This document shows positions 38,225-49,837 of a stretch of DNA of 64,000 nt, in pieces. Source of the stretch: Pontiella sp. (GTDB lineage Bacteria > Verrucomicrobiota > Kiritimatiellia > Kiritimatiellales > Pontiellaceae); contig JBNKHE010000002.1 of assembly GCA_050290185.1 (NCBI GenBank), positions 160,001 through 224,000 of the forward strand, in the 5' to 3' direction. The notes under the pieces are model-generated. The model was not told the DNA's origin and ran no database searches. It saw only the letters and a list, made by a program, of their open reading frames with translations. Numbering within the stretch: the first letter of the stretch is position 1; every line of letters begins with the position of its first letter. A program made the translations under genes and the position numbers.

Positions 38225-38869
38225 ATGCACCCATGGGATGTCAGCCCGAAGGAAGCGATCGCGATCCAGAAATCGTTGATGGATCGCCTGGTACTTCGCG
38301 ACGATTTCGACGAAATCAAAACCGTTGCAGGCGTAGATGTCGGCTTTGAGGAAAACAACACGATCACGCGCGCGGCAATCGCCGTGCTGGATCTTGAATC
38401 GCTGGAGCTGATCGAGTCGGCCATTGCCCGACGGCCCACCACCTTCCCCTACGTCCCCGGCCTGCTCTCCTTCCGCGAAATCCCCGCCGTACTGCAGGCG
38501 ATGCTGGATCTCAACCACACGCCGGATCTGTTGCTATGCGATGGTCAGGGCATAGCCCATCCCCGCCGTTTCGGGATTGCCGCCCATCTTGGATTGCTGA
38601 CGAACATTCCATCGATCGGCGTCGCCAAGTCCCGGCTCAGTGGAACGCATGATGACGTGCCGCAGGAAAAGGGAAGCCATGTGCCCCTGATGGACAAAGG
38701 CGAACAAATCGGCGTGGTCCTACGCACGCGCGCGAACGTCAAGCCGCTCTTCATCTCCCCCGGACACCGCATGGGCATGAAATCGTCCATCGAGTACGTG
38801 ATGAAATGCACAACGAGATACCGTTTGCCCGAAACTACGCGCTGGGCCCATAAACTGGCATCAGGATAG
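38225..38869 (+). CDS. nfi: Endonuclease V
   Basis: AGVDV, FPYVPGLLSFRE, DGQGIAHPRRFG, GVAKS, YRLPETTR. Confidence 0.96.
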   Translation: MHPWDVSPKEAIAIQKSLMDRLVLRDDFDEIKTVAGVDVGFEENNTITRAAIAVLDLESLELIESAIARRPTTFPYVPGLLSFREIPAVLQAMLDLNHTPDLLLCDGQGIAHPRRFGIAAHLGLLTNIPSIGVAKSRLSGTHDDVPQEKGSHVPLMDKGEQIGVVLRTRANVKPLFISPGHRMGMKSSIEYVMKCTTRYRLPETTRWAHKLASG

Positions 38870-38883
38870 CGAAGCACGTCATT

Positions 38884-38907
38884 CAAACCCCACGATCGTG
38901 GGGTTTG
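38884..38907. repeat. Perfect 24-bp palindrome between convergent genes
   Basis: CAAACCCCACGATCGTGGGGTTTG is its own reverse complement. Confidence 0.8.
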
Positions 38908-38968
38908 GATGATATACCTACGGCAGACCAAGAAGTCCTGTTGCAAGGACTGCTCATGGAATAGTCGG

Positions 38969-40432
38969 CTATGCGTGCAGCAATACCTTGTCGACGCGTG
39001 CGATCTCGAAGACGCGGCGGGCCTTGCCGCCAAGATTGGAGATGGACATGGATACGCCTTCGTCCTGCGTAATCTTCTTCAGGGAAATAAGAAATCCAAG
39101 TCCGGAACTATCGATAAAATCAAGTTGCGAGGCATCTACCGAAACCGTCTTGAGGATCCCTTCCGCATGTAGCTCACGGTGGATAAAATCCGCCTCGCGC
39201 TCAAATGTAGGCAGTGTGGCGGCGGTTAATTCCATGGGGAGTTCCAGAGTCAATGACCCTTCATGGTAAGCCGTAAAACCATCGCCATGCTCGTTGAGGT
39301 TTTTTACAAGGGTTTCAACTTCGTCGAGACGGATCGCGGAATCGAAGTAGTCGGACAACCGGCAGGTATCAAGCAACCGGCGAACCTTGGGGCGTGGTGC
39401 ATACAGGATCAACCGCCTGCCATTCCTGCGGTGCGCCTTATTGATTTCCAGCAAAGCACCCAGTTCGAGACTGCTAAGCCAGGGGACGGTATGAATATCA
39501 AGCAACAGATTGGTACAACAGTCCTGACAGCAGAAACGCTCGATAAAATCATGTGCCGCCGTCTCGTCCTTCAATCCAAGGAATCGCTCCACCGTGATTC
39601 CGAGATGGTTTAAGCGCCCGATCTCCCCATCATCCAATGGTCGCACCGCCAAGGGTCGGTCAGCCATATAGTGAATGGAAATCATCTTCCGGCTAGCCGA
39701 AAACAGGAACCGGAGATTCGCCAGATAGCGGCGAAACAGACGTCTGGGATTGCCACAAATGCGCCAAAACCATTCGAGATGGATTCTCCTCATCCAGGCC
39801 GGAGCGCGCCGTTGCTCACCGGTAATGAAATCGAGTGATGCCCCAATGCCCATGGCCACCGGTACGTTCCAGCCGCGCACATGCATCTGGATGAACTTTT
39901 CCTGTTTCGGTGAACCTAAAGCAACGAACAGAATGTCGGGACTCGCCGCCTCCAGCCGCTTGAGAATATTACGGTGGTCCATATCCAGCAACGTTGCATA
40001 GGGCGGCGCATAGGTTCCTGCGATCTTCAGATCGGGATGCCGTTCCTTGAGCATGCGCAAGGCCTCTTCGGCCACCCCTTCCGCACTACCCAGACCATAC
40101 AGGCGGAAACCCTCCTGTGCAGCCCGCTCAGCGAGCATGGGCGTGAGGTCAGAACCGGTGACACGCCCCTTCAGCCGGGGGCCGAAGAAGGGCGACAGCT
40201 TGACGATGGGAAAACCATCGGCCAATACCAGATCGGCCTCAATCAGAATGCGCTGCAACTCGGGGTCGCTCCACGCCTGCGTCACAAAATCAAGGTTGGC
40301 CGTTGCAATATTGGCCGGACGGCCCGAATGCACCCGCTCAACAATCCAGTCTATGGCTTCGTCGAACGTAACATTGTGAAATGGTACGCCGTACACCACT
40401 AGCGGAACCGGAACTGACCCAATCGTCTTCAT
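38969..40432 (-). CDS. WecG/TagA/CpsF glycosyltransferase fused to two STAS domains
   Basis: ATANLD, LADG, RVTGSDL, VALGSPKQE, GIGASLDF, RAPAW; STAS-like DIHTVPWLSSLELGALL and DASQLDFIDSSGLGFLI. Confidence 0.88.
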   Translation of the reverse strand: MKTIGSVPVPLVVYGVPFHNVTFDEAIDWIVERVHSGRPANIATANLDFVTQAWSDPELQRILIEADLVLADGFPIVKLSPFFGPRLKGRVTGSDLTPMLAERAAQEGFRLYGLGSAEGVAEEALRMLKERHPDLKIAGTYAPPYATLLDMDHRNILKRLEAASPDILFVALGSPKQEKFIQMHVRGWNVPVAMGIGASLDFITGEQRRAPAWMRRIHLEWFWRICGNPRRLFRRYLANLRFLFSASRKMISIHYMADRPLAVRPLDDGEIGRLNHLGITVERFLGLKDETAAHDFIERFCCQDCCTNLLLDIHTVPWLSSLELGALLEINKAHRRNGRRLILYAPRPKVRRLLDTCRLSDYFDSAIRLDEVETLVKNLNEHGDGFTAYHEGSLTLELPMELTAATLPTFEREADFIHRELHAEGILKTVSVDASQLDFIDSSGLGFLISLKKITQDEGVSMSISNLGGKARRVFEIARVDKVLLHA

Positions 40433-40698
40433 AAGTTGCGATGATAAGCCTGCAAAAACCCGTTTACAAGTATTTGCAATGATGAACAAACATGGCTGGA
40501 TATCCCTTTTAACCCCGGGCCCGTCCGGTACCAAAGCCTGCAAAGCGCTGTTCGAACACGCGATGGGTGACGAAGAAAACGGCACGCAAAGCGAGTCCTC
40601 CAAATGGAAGTAGCGACCGCAGGGAACGGTAATCCCTGCTTGAGGAGAAACAGGAAATAGAGTAGGTTTCTTCCTCTTTTGCAAAAACGGGAAATATA

Positions 40699-43600
40699 AT
40701 GAATTGGATTTTGAAGAAAATTATCGGCTCGAAGAACGAGCGCGACCTCAAGAAGATGCGTCCCCTGATCGATAAGATCAATGCGCTGGACGAAGAATAC
40801 AAGGCATTGACCGACGAACAACTGCAGGCCAAAACCTCCGAATTCCAGACACGCCTGCAAAACGGCGAAACGCTCGAAGACATCGAGCTGGAAGCCTTTG
40901 CGACCGTTAAAAACGCTGCGCGACGGCTCTGCGGAACGGATGTGGATGTCTGCGGGCACCCGATTGGCTGGGAAATGGTGCACTTCGATGTGCAGCTGAT
41001 CGGCGGATTGGCTATTCACAAGGGAATGATTGCCGAAATGGCAACCGGTGAAGGCAAGACCCTTGTGGCGACCCTGCCCGTCTACCTCAATGCGCTTAAC
41101 GGCAAGGGTGTTCACGTAATCACCACCTCCGACTACCACTCACAGCGCGACTCCGAATGGATGGGGCATCTCTACAAATGGCTCGGCCTCACAGTCGGTT
41201 GCCTGAAAAACATGATGTCCCAGGAAGAACGCCGAAATGCATATCTTTGCGACATCACCTACGGCACCAACTCCGAGTTCGGCTTTGACTACCTGCGAGA
41301 CAACATGGCCCGCAGTCCCGAGGATATGGTACAGCAGAAGGGCCATGCCTTTGCGATCGTCGATGAAATCGACTCCATCCTGATCGACGAAGCGCGTACA
41401 CCACTCATTATTTCCGGCCCGGCACCCTACTCTTCCACGCAATACAGCGAACTGCAGCCGGCGACCGCTCGACTGGTTCGCCGTCAGCGTGACCTGTGCA
41501 CCGGATTGCTCAAGGAAGCGAAGGATCTGCTCGAAGCCGGGGAAGAAAACGAAGCGGCGCTCAAACTCTATCAGGTTCATGAAGGCATGCCTAAAAACAA
41601 GCAACTCATGCACATGATCGAGGATGTCCGCATCCGCAAGATGCTTGAAAAGACGCAAATGGCCATGCTTGCCGACGTCCGCAAGGATCAGGCCCGCGAA
41701 CTGCGCCAGGAACTCTATTTTACCATCGACGAAAAAGGCCATGATGCCGGTCTGACCGAAAAAGGGTGCGAGGAGCTAAATCCGGGCGACCCGGATATGT
41801 ATGTCCTGCCCGATATGATTACCATGATGGCGGAGCTGGACGGAGAGACCGAACTGTCGCCGGAAGAAATCATGGAAAAGCGCCGCGCCATCCAGGAAGA
41901 TTATGCCCTGCGCAACGAACGCATCCATGCGGTCGACCAGCTGATCAAGGCCTACAGCGTCTACGAAAAAGATGTCGACTATGTGGTCCAGGACAACCAG
42001 GTCATGATCGTCGACGAGCACACCGGCCGACTGATGGTGGGTCGCCGCTGGAGCGACGGACTGCATCAGGCCGTGGAAGCAAAGGAAGGCGTAACGATTG
42101 AACGCGAAACGCAGACGCTCGCCACGATCACCATTCAGAACTACTTCCGCATGTACGATAAGCTATCGGGCATGACGGGGACCGCTGAAACCGAGGCCGA
42201 CGAATTCCACCAGATCTACGGCCTCGATGTCATGGTCATTCCGACCAACCGTCCGGTACGCCGCGTTGACCTGAACGACCAGGTCTACAAAACCCAACGC
42301 GAAAAATTCAAAGCTGTCATCGATGAGATCAAGGCGGCTCATGCACGCAAACAACCGGTGCTCGTCGGCACGGTGGCGGTTGAAACCTCCGAAGTTCTAA
42401 GCCGTATGCTGCGCCGCGAAAACATAGTCCATAACGTGCTCAATGCGAAAAACCATGCGCGCGAAGCCGAGATCGTGGCCAATGCCGGCCAGCCCGGTGC
42501 GGTCACAATTGCCACCAACATGGCCGGCCGGGGTACCGACATTAAACTCGGCCAGGGCGTCGTCTATCTGAAGGACGAGGACATCCAGTCCAAAGACTTC
42601 TCACTCGACAGCAAGGTCGAAGGCCGGTCGCTGCGCAAGGTACTCGAAGAGACCCCCTGCGGCCTCTACGTCATCGCATCCGAACGCCACGAATCGCGCC
42701 GTATTGACCGCCAGTTGCGTGGGCGTTCGGCCCGTCAGGGCGACCCTGGTGTTACGCGCTTCTATGTCTCGCTCGAAGACAACCTGATGCGCCTGTTCGG
42801 CTCCGACCGCATCTCCAGCATCATGGAAAAACTCGGCATTCAGGAAGGCGAAGTGCTGGAACACCCATGGCTGAACAAATCGATCGAAACAGCCCAGCGC
42901 CGGGTGGAACAACAGAACTTCATGATGCGTAAACGCACGCTGGAATACGACGACGTCATGAATGCTCAGCGTACGGAAATCTACGGATTCCGGTCCGAGG
43001 CATTGACGACGGAAGATCCCCGCCAACAACTCATGACAGCAGTCGAGAACGCCGTGGCCTCCCGGGCCGAAGATGCGGTAGCCGCCAAGGACGAGGCCAG
43101 CCTCCATGCATTCATCGTATGGGTCAACACCACCTTCCCGCTCGGCATGCATGAAGAAAATCTTCCGGAAGAAAAGACGGTGGACAACCTGATAGATTGC
43201 GTGATGGATCGCGTAAAGGAAGCCTACGACCTCAAAGCCCGCCATGAAGACGACGAATCCCTGAAGCGACTCGAACGCCATCTTATCCTGCAGGCCATCG
43301 ACGAACACTGGCAGGAATATCTGCGCAACATGGACAGCCTGCGCGAAAGCATCGGCTTGCAGGCCTACGGACAGCGCGACCCGTTGGTTGAATACAAGCG
43401 GGAAGCCTATACCCTCTTCATGGATCTGATGGATCGCATCTACGAAGAGATTGCCAACTCTATGTTCCGCTCGGCCACATCGGTCGATGCCATTCAGGAA
43501 TTCTTCCAGCAGCTTCAGAGCTTGCAGGCAAAACATCCTGCAGCCTCGGCCCTGACCGCGGCAGCAACACAAACGGGTACGGCGCCTCGAGGCGGAAGAC

Positions 43601-43776
43601 CCCAGGGCGCTCCCCCTCCCGGGATGCAACCGATGGGCGCGCCGCCCCCCGGAATGGAACTCCCCCAGGCCACCAAACCGGTGCCGATTCGCAATAGCGG
43701 ACAGCAAGTGGGCCGTAACGACCCCTGCCCGTGCGGCAGCGGACGCAAATACAAGAAATGCTGTGGCGCGGAATAG
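40699..43776 (+). CDS. secA: Preprotein translocase subunit SecA
   Basis: [43 protein letters not shown]-terminal [18 protein letters not shown]. Confidence 0.99.
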   Translation: MNWILKKIIGSKNERDLKKMRPLIDKINALDEEYKALTDEQLQAKTSEFQTRLQNGETLEDIELEAFATVKNAARRLCGTDVDVCGHPIGWEMVHFDVQLIGGLAIHKGMIAEMATGEGKTLVATLPVYLNALNGKGVHVITTSDYHSQRDSEWMGHLYKWLGLTVGCLKNMMSQEERRNAYLCDITYGTNSEFGFDYLRDNMARSPEDMVQQKGHAFAIVDEIDSILIDEARTPLIISGPAPYSSTQYSELQPATARLVRRQRDLCTGLLKEAKDLLEAGEENEAALKLYQVHEGMPKNKQLMHMIEDVRIRKMLEKTQMAMLADVRKDQARELRQELYFTIDEKGHDAGLTEKGCEELNPGDPDMYVLPDMITMMAELDGETELSPEEIMEKRRAIQEDYALRNERIHAVDQLIKAYSVYEKDVDYVVQDNQVMIVDEHTGRLMVGRRWSDGLHQAVEAKEGVTIERETQTLATITIQNYFRMYDKLSGMTGTAETEADEFHQIYGLDVMVIPTNRPVRRVDLNDQVYKTQREKFKAVIDEIKAAHARKQPVLVGTVAVETSEVLSRMLRRENIVHNVLNAKNHAREAEIVANAGQPGAVTIATNMAGRGTDIKLGQGVVYLKDEDIQSKDFSLDSKVEGRSLRKVLEETPCGLYVIASERHESRRIDRQLRGRSARQGDPGVTRFYVSLEDNLMRLFGSDRISSIMEKLGIQEGEVLEHPWLNKSIETAQRRVEQQNFMMRKRTLEYDDVMNAQRTEIYGFRSEALTTEDPRQQLMTAVENAVASRAEDAVAAKDEASLHAFIVWVNTTFPLGMHEENLPEEKTVDNLIDCVMDRVKEAYDLKARHEDDESLKRLERHLILQAIDEHWQEYLRNMDSLRESIGLQAYGQRDPLVEYKREAYTLFMDLMDRIYEEIANSMFRSATSVDAIQEFFQQLQSLQAKHPAASALTAAATQTGTAPRGGRPQGAPPPGMQPMGAPPPGMELPQATKPVPIRNSGQQVGRNDPCPCGSGRKYKKCCGAE

Positions 43777-43791
43777 CCACCAACCCGATGC

Positions 43792-45087
43792 GTGAACGTT
43801 GTCGAAACCATTAGGACAACCATTGAATGCCACGGACTGGTTCCTGCTGGCACTAAGCTGGTTGCAGGCGTTTCCGGCGGGGCCGACTCGGTGGCGTTGC
43901 TGCATGCGTTGCATGCCCTTGCTATTCCCCTGACCGTTGCGCACCTGAACCACGGCCTACGAGGGAGTGAGTCGGATGCCGACGAAACTTTCGTGCGCGA
44001 TCTTGCCGAACACCTGAGGTTGCCGATCAAGGTCAAATCGGTCGACGTTAAAGCGCTCTCTGAATCCGGCGGACTTTCGATTGAAATGGCGGCCCGTCAG
44101 GCCCGTCATGATTTCTTCGGTGAGTTTGGCAATGCCACGATCGCCCTCGCCCACCACGCCGACGATCAGACTGAAACCTTCATCCTGAAGCTGGCCCGGG
44201 GAGCGGGGCCCGAAGGATTGAGCGGCATGTCCTACACCCAGCAACTCGGCCCGCTCCGGTTGATTCGCCCCATGCTGGATGTGCCCCGCACCGCCATCCT
44301 TGAATGGCTGAATACCCGTGGGGTTTCCTGGCGCGAGGATTCCAGCAATGCCGACGAGAACTACCTCCGGAATAAAGTCCGGCATACGATTCTTCCCCTG
44401 CTTGAAAGCGAACTGAATCCGAACATCCGCGAAACCATCCTGCGCACAATGGATATTCTCAGAGAAGAAAATGACTGGATGGAAGACCTGCTGGAAGGTG
44501 TTTCCCTTGCGGACAAACTTCCTGTGGCGGCCCGGAGGCGACTGGTCAGGCGATGGCTTTTCGACCATGGAGCGGAGGAAGCGGGGTTCGATGCGGTAGA
44601 ACAGATTCTGAAACGAATGGATTCCGGCATGGGTTCGACGGTGTATGAATTGAACAACCGGCAACGCGTCGTAGTGGAATATGGTGTGCCCCGCTTTGAA
44701 TGCCTGAACGATCAACCAGCGGAGCCATCCTGGATGCTTTCCATCGAAACGGGACATGGTTGGAAAAAAGACCATGGCAAGGGAGTCGGCATACTGCCGG
44801 CAGATGCCTCGTTCGACGCCATCAAGGTTGGCGATTCCGCCATCACGGTCCGCACGGTTCAGCCTGGCGACCGCATCGAACCTTTGTGCATGGAGGGATC
44901 CCGCAAACTGCAGGATATTTTTACCGACCAGAAAATTCCCAAGGCGCAACGCGGCCGGATTCCCGTCGTGGTTTGCCGCGGCGAAATTATCTGGTTGCCC
45001 GGATATCGCATTGCAAGGAGTTGGGCGGTCGACGGCGAGCACGGAGAATCCATACATGTCCGCATTGAACAAATGCGTACGGCCTGA
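43792..45087 (+). CDS. tilS: tRNA(Ile)-lysidine synthase
   Basis: SGGADS PP-loop, AHLNHGLR, AHHADDQTET, RNKVRH, TilS C-terminal domain. Confidence 0.95.
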   Translation: MNVVETIRTTIECHGLVPAGTKLVAGVSGGADSVALLHALHALAIPLTVAHLNHGLRGSESDADETFVRDLAEHLRLPIKVKSVDVKALSESGGLSIEMAARQARHDFFGEFGNATIALAHHADDQTETFILKLARGAGPEGLSGMSYTQQLGPLRLIRPMLDVPRTAILEWLNTRGVSWREDSSNADENYLRNKVRHTILPLLESELNPNIRETILRTMDILREENDWMEDLLEGVSLADKLPVAARRRLVRRWLFDHGAEEAGFDAVEQILKRMDSGMGSTVYELNNRQRVVVEYGVPRFECLNDQPAEPSWMLSIETGHGWKKDHGKGVGILPADASFDAIKVGDSAITVRTVQPGDRIEPLCMEGSRKLQDIFTDQKIPKAQRGRIPVVVCRGEIIWLPGYRIARSWAVDGEHGESIHVRIEQMRTA

Positions 45088-45109
45088 CTCCAACAGTACG
45101 TCGTAAGCG

Positions 45110-45138
45110 TTGCAATCACTTTTGGGCAATGGTAGTTT
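45110..45138 (+). promoter_or_regulatory. Putative ftsH promoter
   Basis: TTGCAA-N17-TAGTTT with extended -10 TG. Confidence 0.5.
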
Positions 45139-45167
45139 TCGCCCGGTTTTTACAGAAAGAAGCAATC

Positions 45168-47156
45168 ATGGCAGATAACAAAAAGACTCCAGACACAGGA
45201 CCCGAGAAGCCCGGAAAGAAAGGACCTCCCCCGATGCCCATGCGCGGCCTCGGAATTGCGCTCCTGATGGTGGCCGTTTTTCTAACGGTTTTGCAGCTTT
45301 TCTCCTCAAATGAACAGACTTCCAAGCTGATCAGCTACACCGATTTCACCAAGCTGGTTGAGGCAAAGCGCATTTCCAAAGTTGTGCTATCGCACGACAA
45401 CGCCGGAAACGTTTTTGCAACGGGGGAAAAGAAAGATGCAAACGCTGACGGCACAACGGATTTCAAGGTAAACCTCCCCTTTCGGAATGATGAACCACTG
45501 CAGCAGTTCCTGGCGGAAAACGGGGTTCAGATTGAGTCCAAACCGCCGAACACGATGCTGACCGGCATACTGGTTAATATCGTTCCCATCGCATTACTCT
45601 TTTTAATCATCTACTTCATCTTCATCCGCCAGATGAAAAATGCCGGGCGTGGCGCCATGAGCTTCGGCAAGAGCCGCGCCAAGCTATTGACTCAGGACAA
45701 GAACAAGATCACGTTCCAGCAGGTGGCCGGCGTGGACGAAGCCAAGGAGGAACTGGCCGAAGTGGTCGAGTTTCTGAAGGATCCGAAGAAGTTCCAGAAT
45801 CTGGGAGGCAAGATGCCCAAGGGGGTACTGCTTTCCGGCGCACCTGGCACCGGCAAGACCCTGCTGGCCAAGGCCGTCGCCGGCGAGGCGGATGTGCCGT
45901 TCTTTACCATCAGCGGTTCCGACTTTGTGGAAATGTTCGTGGGAATCGGCGCATCACGCGTGCGCGACATGTTCGAGCAGGGCAAGAAGAATGCGCCTTG
46001 CATCATCTTTATTGACGAAATCGATGCCGTAGGCCGCAGTCGTTTCAGTGGCATTGGCGGCGGACACGACGAGCGCGAGCAGACCCTGAACGCGTTGCTG
46101 GTTGAAATGGACGGCTTCGATACCCAGGAAGGTATCATCATTGTGGCTGCCACCAACCGACCGGACGTGCTCGACTCGGCCCTGCTACGACCCGGTCGTT
46201 TCGACCGCCAGGTAGTGGTCGACCTCCCGACACTGGAAGGTCGCGAACAGATTCTTAAGATCCATTCGCGCAATGTCCGTCTTTCCGATCAGGTAGAGCT
46301 GAAAAAATCCGCCCGCGGAACACCTGGTTTCTCGGGCGCCGATCTGGCCAACCTGGTAAACGAAGCCGCCCTGCTGGCCTCGCGCCGCGGAGCCGACTTT
46401 GTGGAACAGCAAGACATGGAAGAAGCCCGCGACAAGGTGATGTGGGGCCGGGAGCGCCGCAGCCACGTGCTTGATACGGAAGAAAAGAAGCTGACGGCCT
46501 ATCATGAAGCAGGCCACGCGGTTGCCATGTACCACACCCCGGAGTGCGAACCGATCCATAAGGTAACCATCATCCCGCGCGGCCGTGCGCTGGGGGCAAC
46601 TATGTCGTTGCCCGAGAAGGATCGCTATACCCAGTCGAAAAAGCGGCTTCAAGGCGATCTGGTGTCGCTGATGGGCGGACGGGCCGCGGAAGAACTGATC
46701 TTTGGCGATGTAACCACGGGCGCCCACAACGATATCGAACGTTCCACGCTCATTGCACGCGCCATGGTTTGCGAATACGGCATGAGCAAATTGCTGGGGC
46801 CGCAAAACCTCGGCAACCGCAACCAGCCGGTCTTCCTTGGGCAAGGCATTGATGGATCGCATGAGCACAGCGAAGAAACCGCGCAACGGATCGATCAGGA
46901 AGTCCAACGCATTTTGACGGAAGCCTACGATGCCTGCATGAAGATCCTGACGGACCATAAGGACAAGCTGATTGCCCTTTCAGAGATTCTCATCGAACGC
47001 GAAGTTCTGGATTTCGATCAAGTGGATACCATTATGAAAACGGGTTCACTACCTGAAGAAACTCCTGCCGAGCCAGCTCCGGAAGCCATAACCACCGAGC
47101 CGAAAGAGGAACCCCAAGAGGGGCCCCCGCAAGGGGAAGAAACCGGTTCGCTATAA
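45168..47156 (+). CDS. ftsH: ATP-dependent zinc metalloprotease FtsH
   Basis: Two TMs, [18 protein letters not shown] motif, HEAGH. Confidence 0.99.
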   Translation: MADNKKTPDTGPEKPGKKGPPPMPMRGLGIALLMVAVFLTVLQLFSSNEQTSKLISYTDFTKLVEAKRISKVVLSHDNAGNVFATGEKKDANADGTTDFKVNLPFRNDEPLQQFLAENGVQIESKPPNTMLTGILVNIVPIALLFLIIYFIFIRQMKNAGRGAMSFGKSRAKLLTQDKNKITFQQVAGVDEAKEELAEVVEFLKDPKKFQNLGGKMPKGVLLSGAPGTGKTLLAKAVAGEADVPFFTISGSDFVEMFVGIGASRVRDMFEQGKKNAPCIIFIDEIDAVGRSRFSGIGGGHDEREQTLNALLVEMDGFDTQEGIIIVAATNRPDVLDSALLRPGRFDRQVVVDLPTLEGREQILKIHSRNVRLSDQVELKKSARGTPGFSGADLANLVNEAALLASRRGADFVEQQDMEEARDKVMWGRERRSHVLDTEEKKLTAYHEAGHAVAMYHTPECEPIHKVTIIPRGRALGATMSLPEKDRYTQSKKRLQGDLVSLMGGRAAEELIFGDVTTGAHNDIERSTLIARAMVCEYGMSKLLGPQNLGNRNQPVFLGQGIDGSHEHSEETAQRIDQEVQRILTEAYDACMKILTDHKDKLIALSEILIEREVLDFDQVDTIMKTGSLPEETPAEPAPEAITTEPKEEPQEGPPQGEETGSL

Positions 47157-47195
47157 TTGTTTTACATTGCCCTCAGAGGCAACTATTCTGCTGGA

Positions 47196-47540
47196 ATGAA
47201 AACAATGAGATATTTTACGGCGCTGGTTATTGTATTGCTGATTTCAAGTTGCACCACGACGTTCCGTCCATGGAATCTGAGTGCAATAAAGGCAGGCATG
47301 GATCGGGCCCAGGTGGTACATATTCTGGGCAAGCCAGACGCTACAGAGATGAAGGATGGCTCCGAATATCTGCATTATATCTATCAGGAAGACTTCAACC
47401 CCTCACCCGCATCGGTGCCGTTCTACGACCAGAACAGTGAACGGGTATTCCGGGATCTGAACGACCGGAGTTCCTTCAAGCAGTACGAGTATGTAGTGAT
47501 ACTGGCTGATGGTCAGGTCATTAACTACAAAGAACTCTAG
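47196..47540 (+). CDS. Small lipoprotein, SmpA/OmlA/OsmE-like
   Basis: ISS-C lipobox; IKAGMDRAQVVHILGKPD. Confidence 0.7.
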   Translation: MKTMRYFTALVIVLLISSCTTTFRPWNLSAIKAGMDRAQVVHILGKPDATEMKDGSEYLHYIYQEDFNPSPASVPFYDQNSERVFRDLNDRSSFKQYEYVVILADGQVINYKEL

Positions 47541-47603
47541 TCTACGGTAGCTTGTCCGCCGAATCTAGATCGAACGTGCTCCCAGGAAGCCCCGAGCGAA
47601 AGT

Positions 47604-48479
47604 TCACCGCCGGTTCCGCTGCATAAGCTCGTTGAGATAGGCATCATCCGCGGTTGGATCCCAGGTCTGGTTGTTATTCTTCCACTGCTGGTACGGCGTA
47701 GGAGTTGAGAATTCCTGCTGCTGTTGCGGCGGAGCTACCGGTTGCCGCTGTTGTTCCTGCCGTGTTTGGTAAGGACTTTTATAGGGTGTAAATCCGGATG
47801 TCGAGGGATTCACGGGGTCCGTATTTTGCGATGGAGCCTGCAGTTGCAACATTCCTGTGGAAGGTGAAGATCCGTAACTGCTTGTTCCGTATGGCCCCAA
47901 CTGACTATCCGGTTCCTGCCCATACATGGTTCGCGCCGGCTGGCCATAGCTATAGCTGGAATTCGGATTCTGCTGCCGGGAGTAATCATACCCCGTCTGC
48001 CCCCCTGCGCCATAGCTTCCAGTCCTGCGATAATCATAGGTTCCTACCGCCGGATCTTCACCGCCCCCCCTTTCCTGACGGTTGTTCCACTGCGTCCACC
48101 AATTCCCTTTATCTGAATTCTGGCTTTCACCGGAATCCATGGCAAACGGATCAGCATAGGGGTCGGCATCTGGATCTTCGTCTTCCAGTATCCAGGATTG
48201 CCTTGTCTGAATGGGAATGGGTCGGAACATGGGCGGACGCGCAGCAGGCTGCTGCCGGGAAAGCTCAACCTTTGCTTCCTTGAATTTTTCCGACTCGGTT
48301 ATACGCTCGTCCTCCGCGATATTGGGAAGAACCATGTCGCTTTGAACCACCTCCTGCCGTTCACGCAGGTATTTACGCATAATGCGTTGCTTCCGCTCAG
48401 CCATGGTTTCCCCGTATGCATTCCCGCAGAGCGGAGCAAGAACGGCGGCAACCAGAAATCCATGTACGATTCGTTTCAT
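47604..48479 (-). CDS. Exported low-complexity Q/P/S/Y/G-rich hypothetical protein
   Basis: Signal peptide, AGGAG RBS, long polar low-complexity body. Confidence 0.75.
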   Translation of the reverse strand: MKRIVHGFLVAAVLAPLCGNAYGETMAERKQRIMRKYLRERQEVVQSDMVLPNIAEDERITESEKFKEAKVELSRQQPAARPPMFRPIPIQTRQSWILEDEDPDADPYADPFAMDSGESQNSDKGNWWTQWNNRQERGGGEDPAVGTYDYRRTGSYGAGGQTGYDYSRQQNPNSSYSYGQPARTMYGQEPDSQLGPYGTSSYGSSPSTGMLQLQAPSQNTDPVNPSTSGFTPYKSPYQTRQEQQRQPVAPPQQQQEFSTPTPYQQWKNNNQTWDPTADDAYLNELMQRNRR

Positions 48480-48579
48480 CTCCTACAACCTACTTTCGTG
48501 TACTTGGATACGTCAATGTTCGAGTGCGTTGAAAGTTTACCGGCAAATGATGGGGGTCAGGCCCAATGTGCATCCCCAT

Positions 48580-49818
48580 TTAGAATATGTAGCCTACCGA
48601 TAAGCCGATCAACTGCGTGGTCGTATCATACGTTCCGGCAGTGCCCGGTACTCTGGAAACAACCTCGGATCCCGTTTGCGCCTTATCGGCCCAGAGAAAG
48701 GAATACGCAAGGTCTATACTGACGTTATCCTTCCTCCAGCCGAGGCCGGCCATAGCCATTTGGCGATCCGAACCGGGAAGTTCCGGAGCTCGTGTGCTGT
48801 TGGGTACAGGCGATTTATCCCATACATAGCCGGCCCGCACCACCCAATCCCGGCACAACTGGTATTCACCGCCCAAACGGGTACTCCAGACGTCCTCCCA
48901 GCGCTTGGAGTTCACTTCAGGATTGGTGAGCGGATAACCCGCACCAAACATATAGGTCAAATGATCATACGAACTCCATTCGGTCCAGATGATGTCAAAG
49001 CCCACCTGCAGCCGCTCAAAGGAGTGGTTCGCCAGACCCAGACTCACGGAGGAGGGCAGTTCGATTACAGCACGGCCTGGAAAACTTGTTTCATTCGGAG
49101 GAACAGGATTTTTCTGCAACGCCACCGAACCGTCCAGCTTCACCTTGACTCTCGATTGAAACCGTGCGCCTGCCGACCAGTCCCGGGAAAGATTCCCATG
49201 AATCGATGCGGTATACCCGTAGGCCACGTCGTCCCCTTGCACCGTACGCACCCCGAAATCCGGCAGGCTTGCCGCGGTCAGGTCGCGACTCGCGGTCAGC
49301 TTGGCATCCGCATAAACCACATTGAAGCCGGCAGACGCGGACAGCCGGTCATTGATTCGATAGGCTAATGAAGGCGTCGTGTAGATGGCGGAAAAGTCGC
49401 TGTAAATAGCGGCAATCCCGCCCGCCCAGTCCCCCGGCCATTCGGTAATGAGTCCATACGGGGCATTTACAGCGAGTAGTGCCGACAAATCCCCGGAGAT
49501 GGGCAACACACAGTAAAGGTGCGGAATCGCACGCCACTGCTCAGACATGGAATCGTCGTATGCGGAACTAAGGGAACTGCTGAAATCGGTATGAATGCTG
49601 ACCAACGCGCTCCCTGCCATAATGGCCGGTCGCTCTGCACCGGCGCGGGCCGAAGGATTGTACCAGGCCAGAGAGGTCAAATCATCACGCCCGCTGATCG
49701 CACCACCCTGCCCCAGCGCCTCGGCCGACCCCTCCGTGTAAAGCTGGAAACCCGCTCCCAAAACTGAACTGCTGACGAGCCACGAAATAGTTAGTCCCGC
49801 CCCGAATAGCCGCTTCAT
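48580..49818 (-). CDS. fadL: FadL/OMPP1/TodX family outer-membrane transporter
   Basis: AGFQL after the signal peptide, WYNPS, APYGL, TEWSSY, VRAGYVWD, C-terminal VGYIF. Confidence 0.88.
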   Translation of the reverse strand: MKRLFGAGLTISWLVSSSVLGAGFQLYTEGSAEALGQGGAISGRDDLTSLAWYNPSARAGAERPAIMAGSALVSIHTDFSSSLSSAYDDSMSEQWRAIPHLYCVLPISGDLSALLAVNAPYGLITEWPGDWAGGIAAIYSDFSAIYTTPSLAYRINDRLSASAGFNVVYADAKLTASRDLTAASLPDFGVRTVQGDDVAYGYTASIHGNLSRDWSAGARFQSRVKVKLDGSVALQKNPVPPNETSFPGRAVIELPSSVSLGLANHSFERLQVGFDIIWTEWSSYDHLTYMFGAGYPLTNPEVNSKRWEDVWSTRLGGEYQLCRDWVVRAGYVWDKSPVPNSTRAPELPGSDRQMAMAGLGWRKDNVSIDLAYSFLWADKAQTGSEVVSRVPGTAGTYDTTTQLIGLSVGYIF

Positions 49819-49837
49819 CCATTTCCCCCTTGTCTTG

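Noticed and set aside
41460..41940. Long insertion in SecA as a possible intein
   Set aside because: No C/S start, HN-C end or LAGLIDADG motifs; a helical insertion like those in long-form SecA proteins
43600..43660. Repeated GAPPPGM units in the SecA tail
   Set aside because: Two-copy low-complexity linker before the SEC-C motif; ordinary
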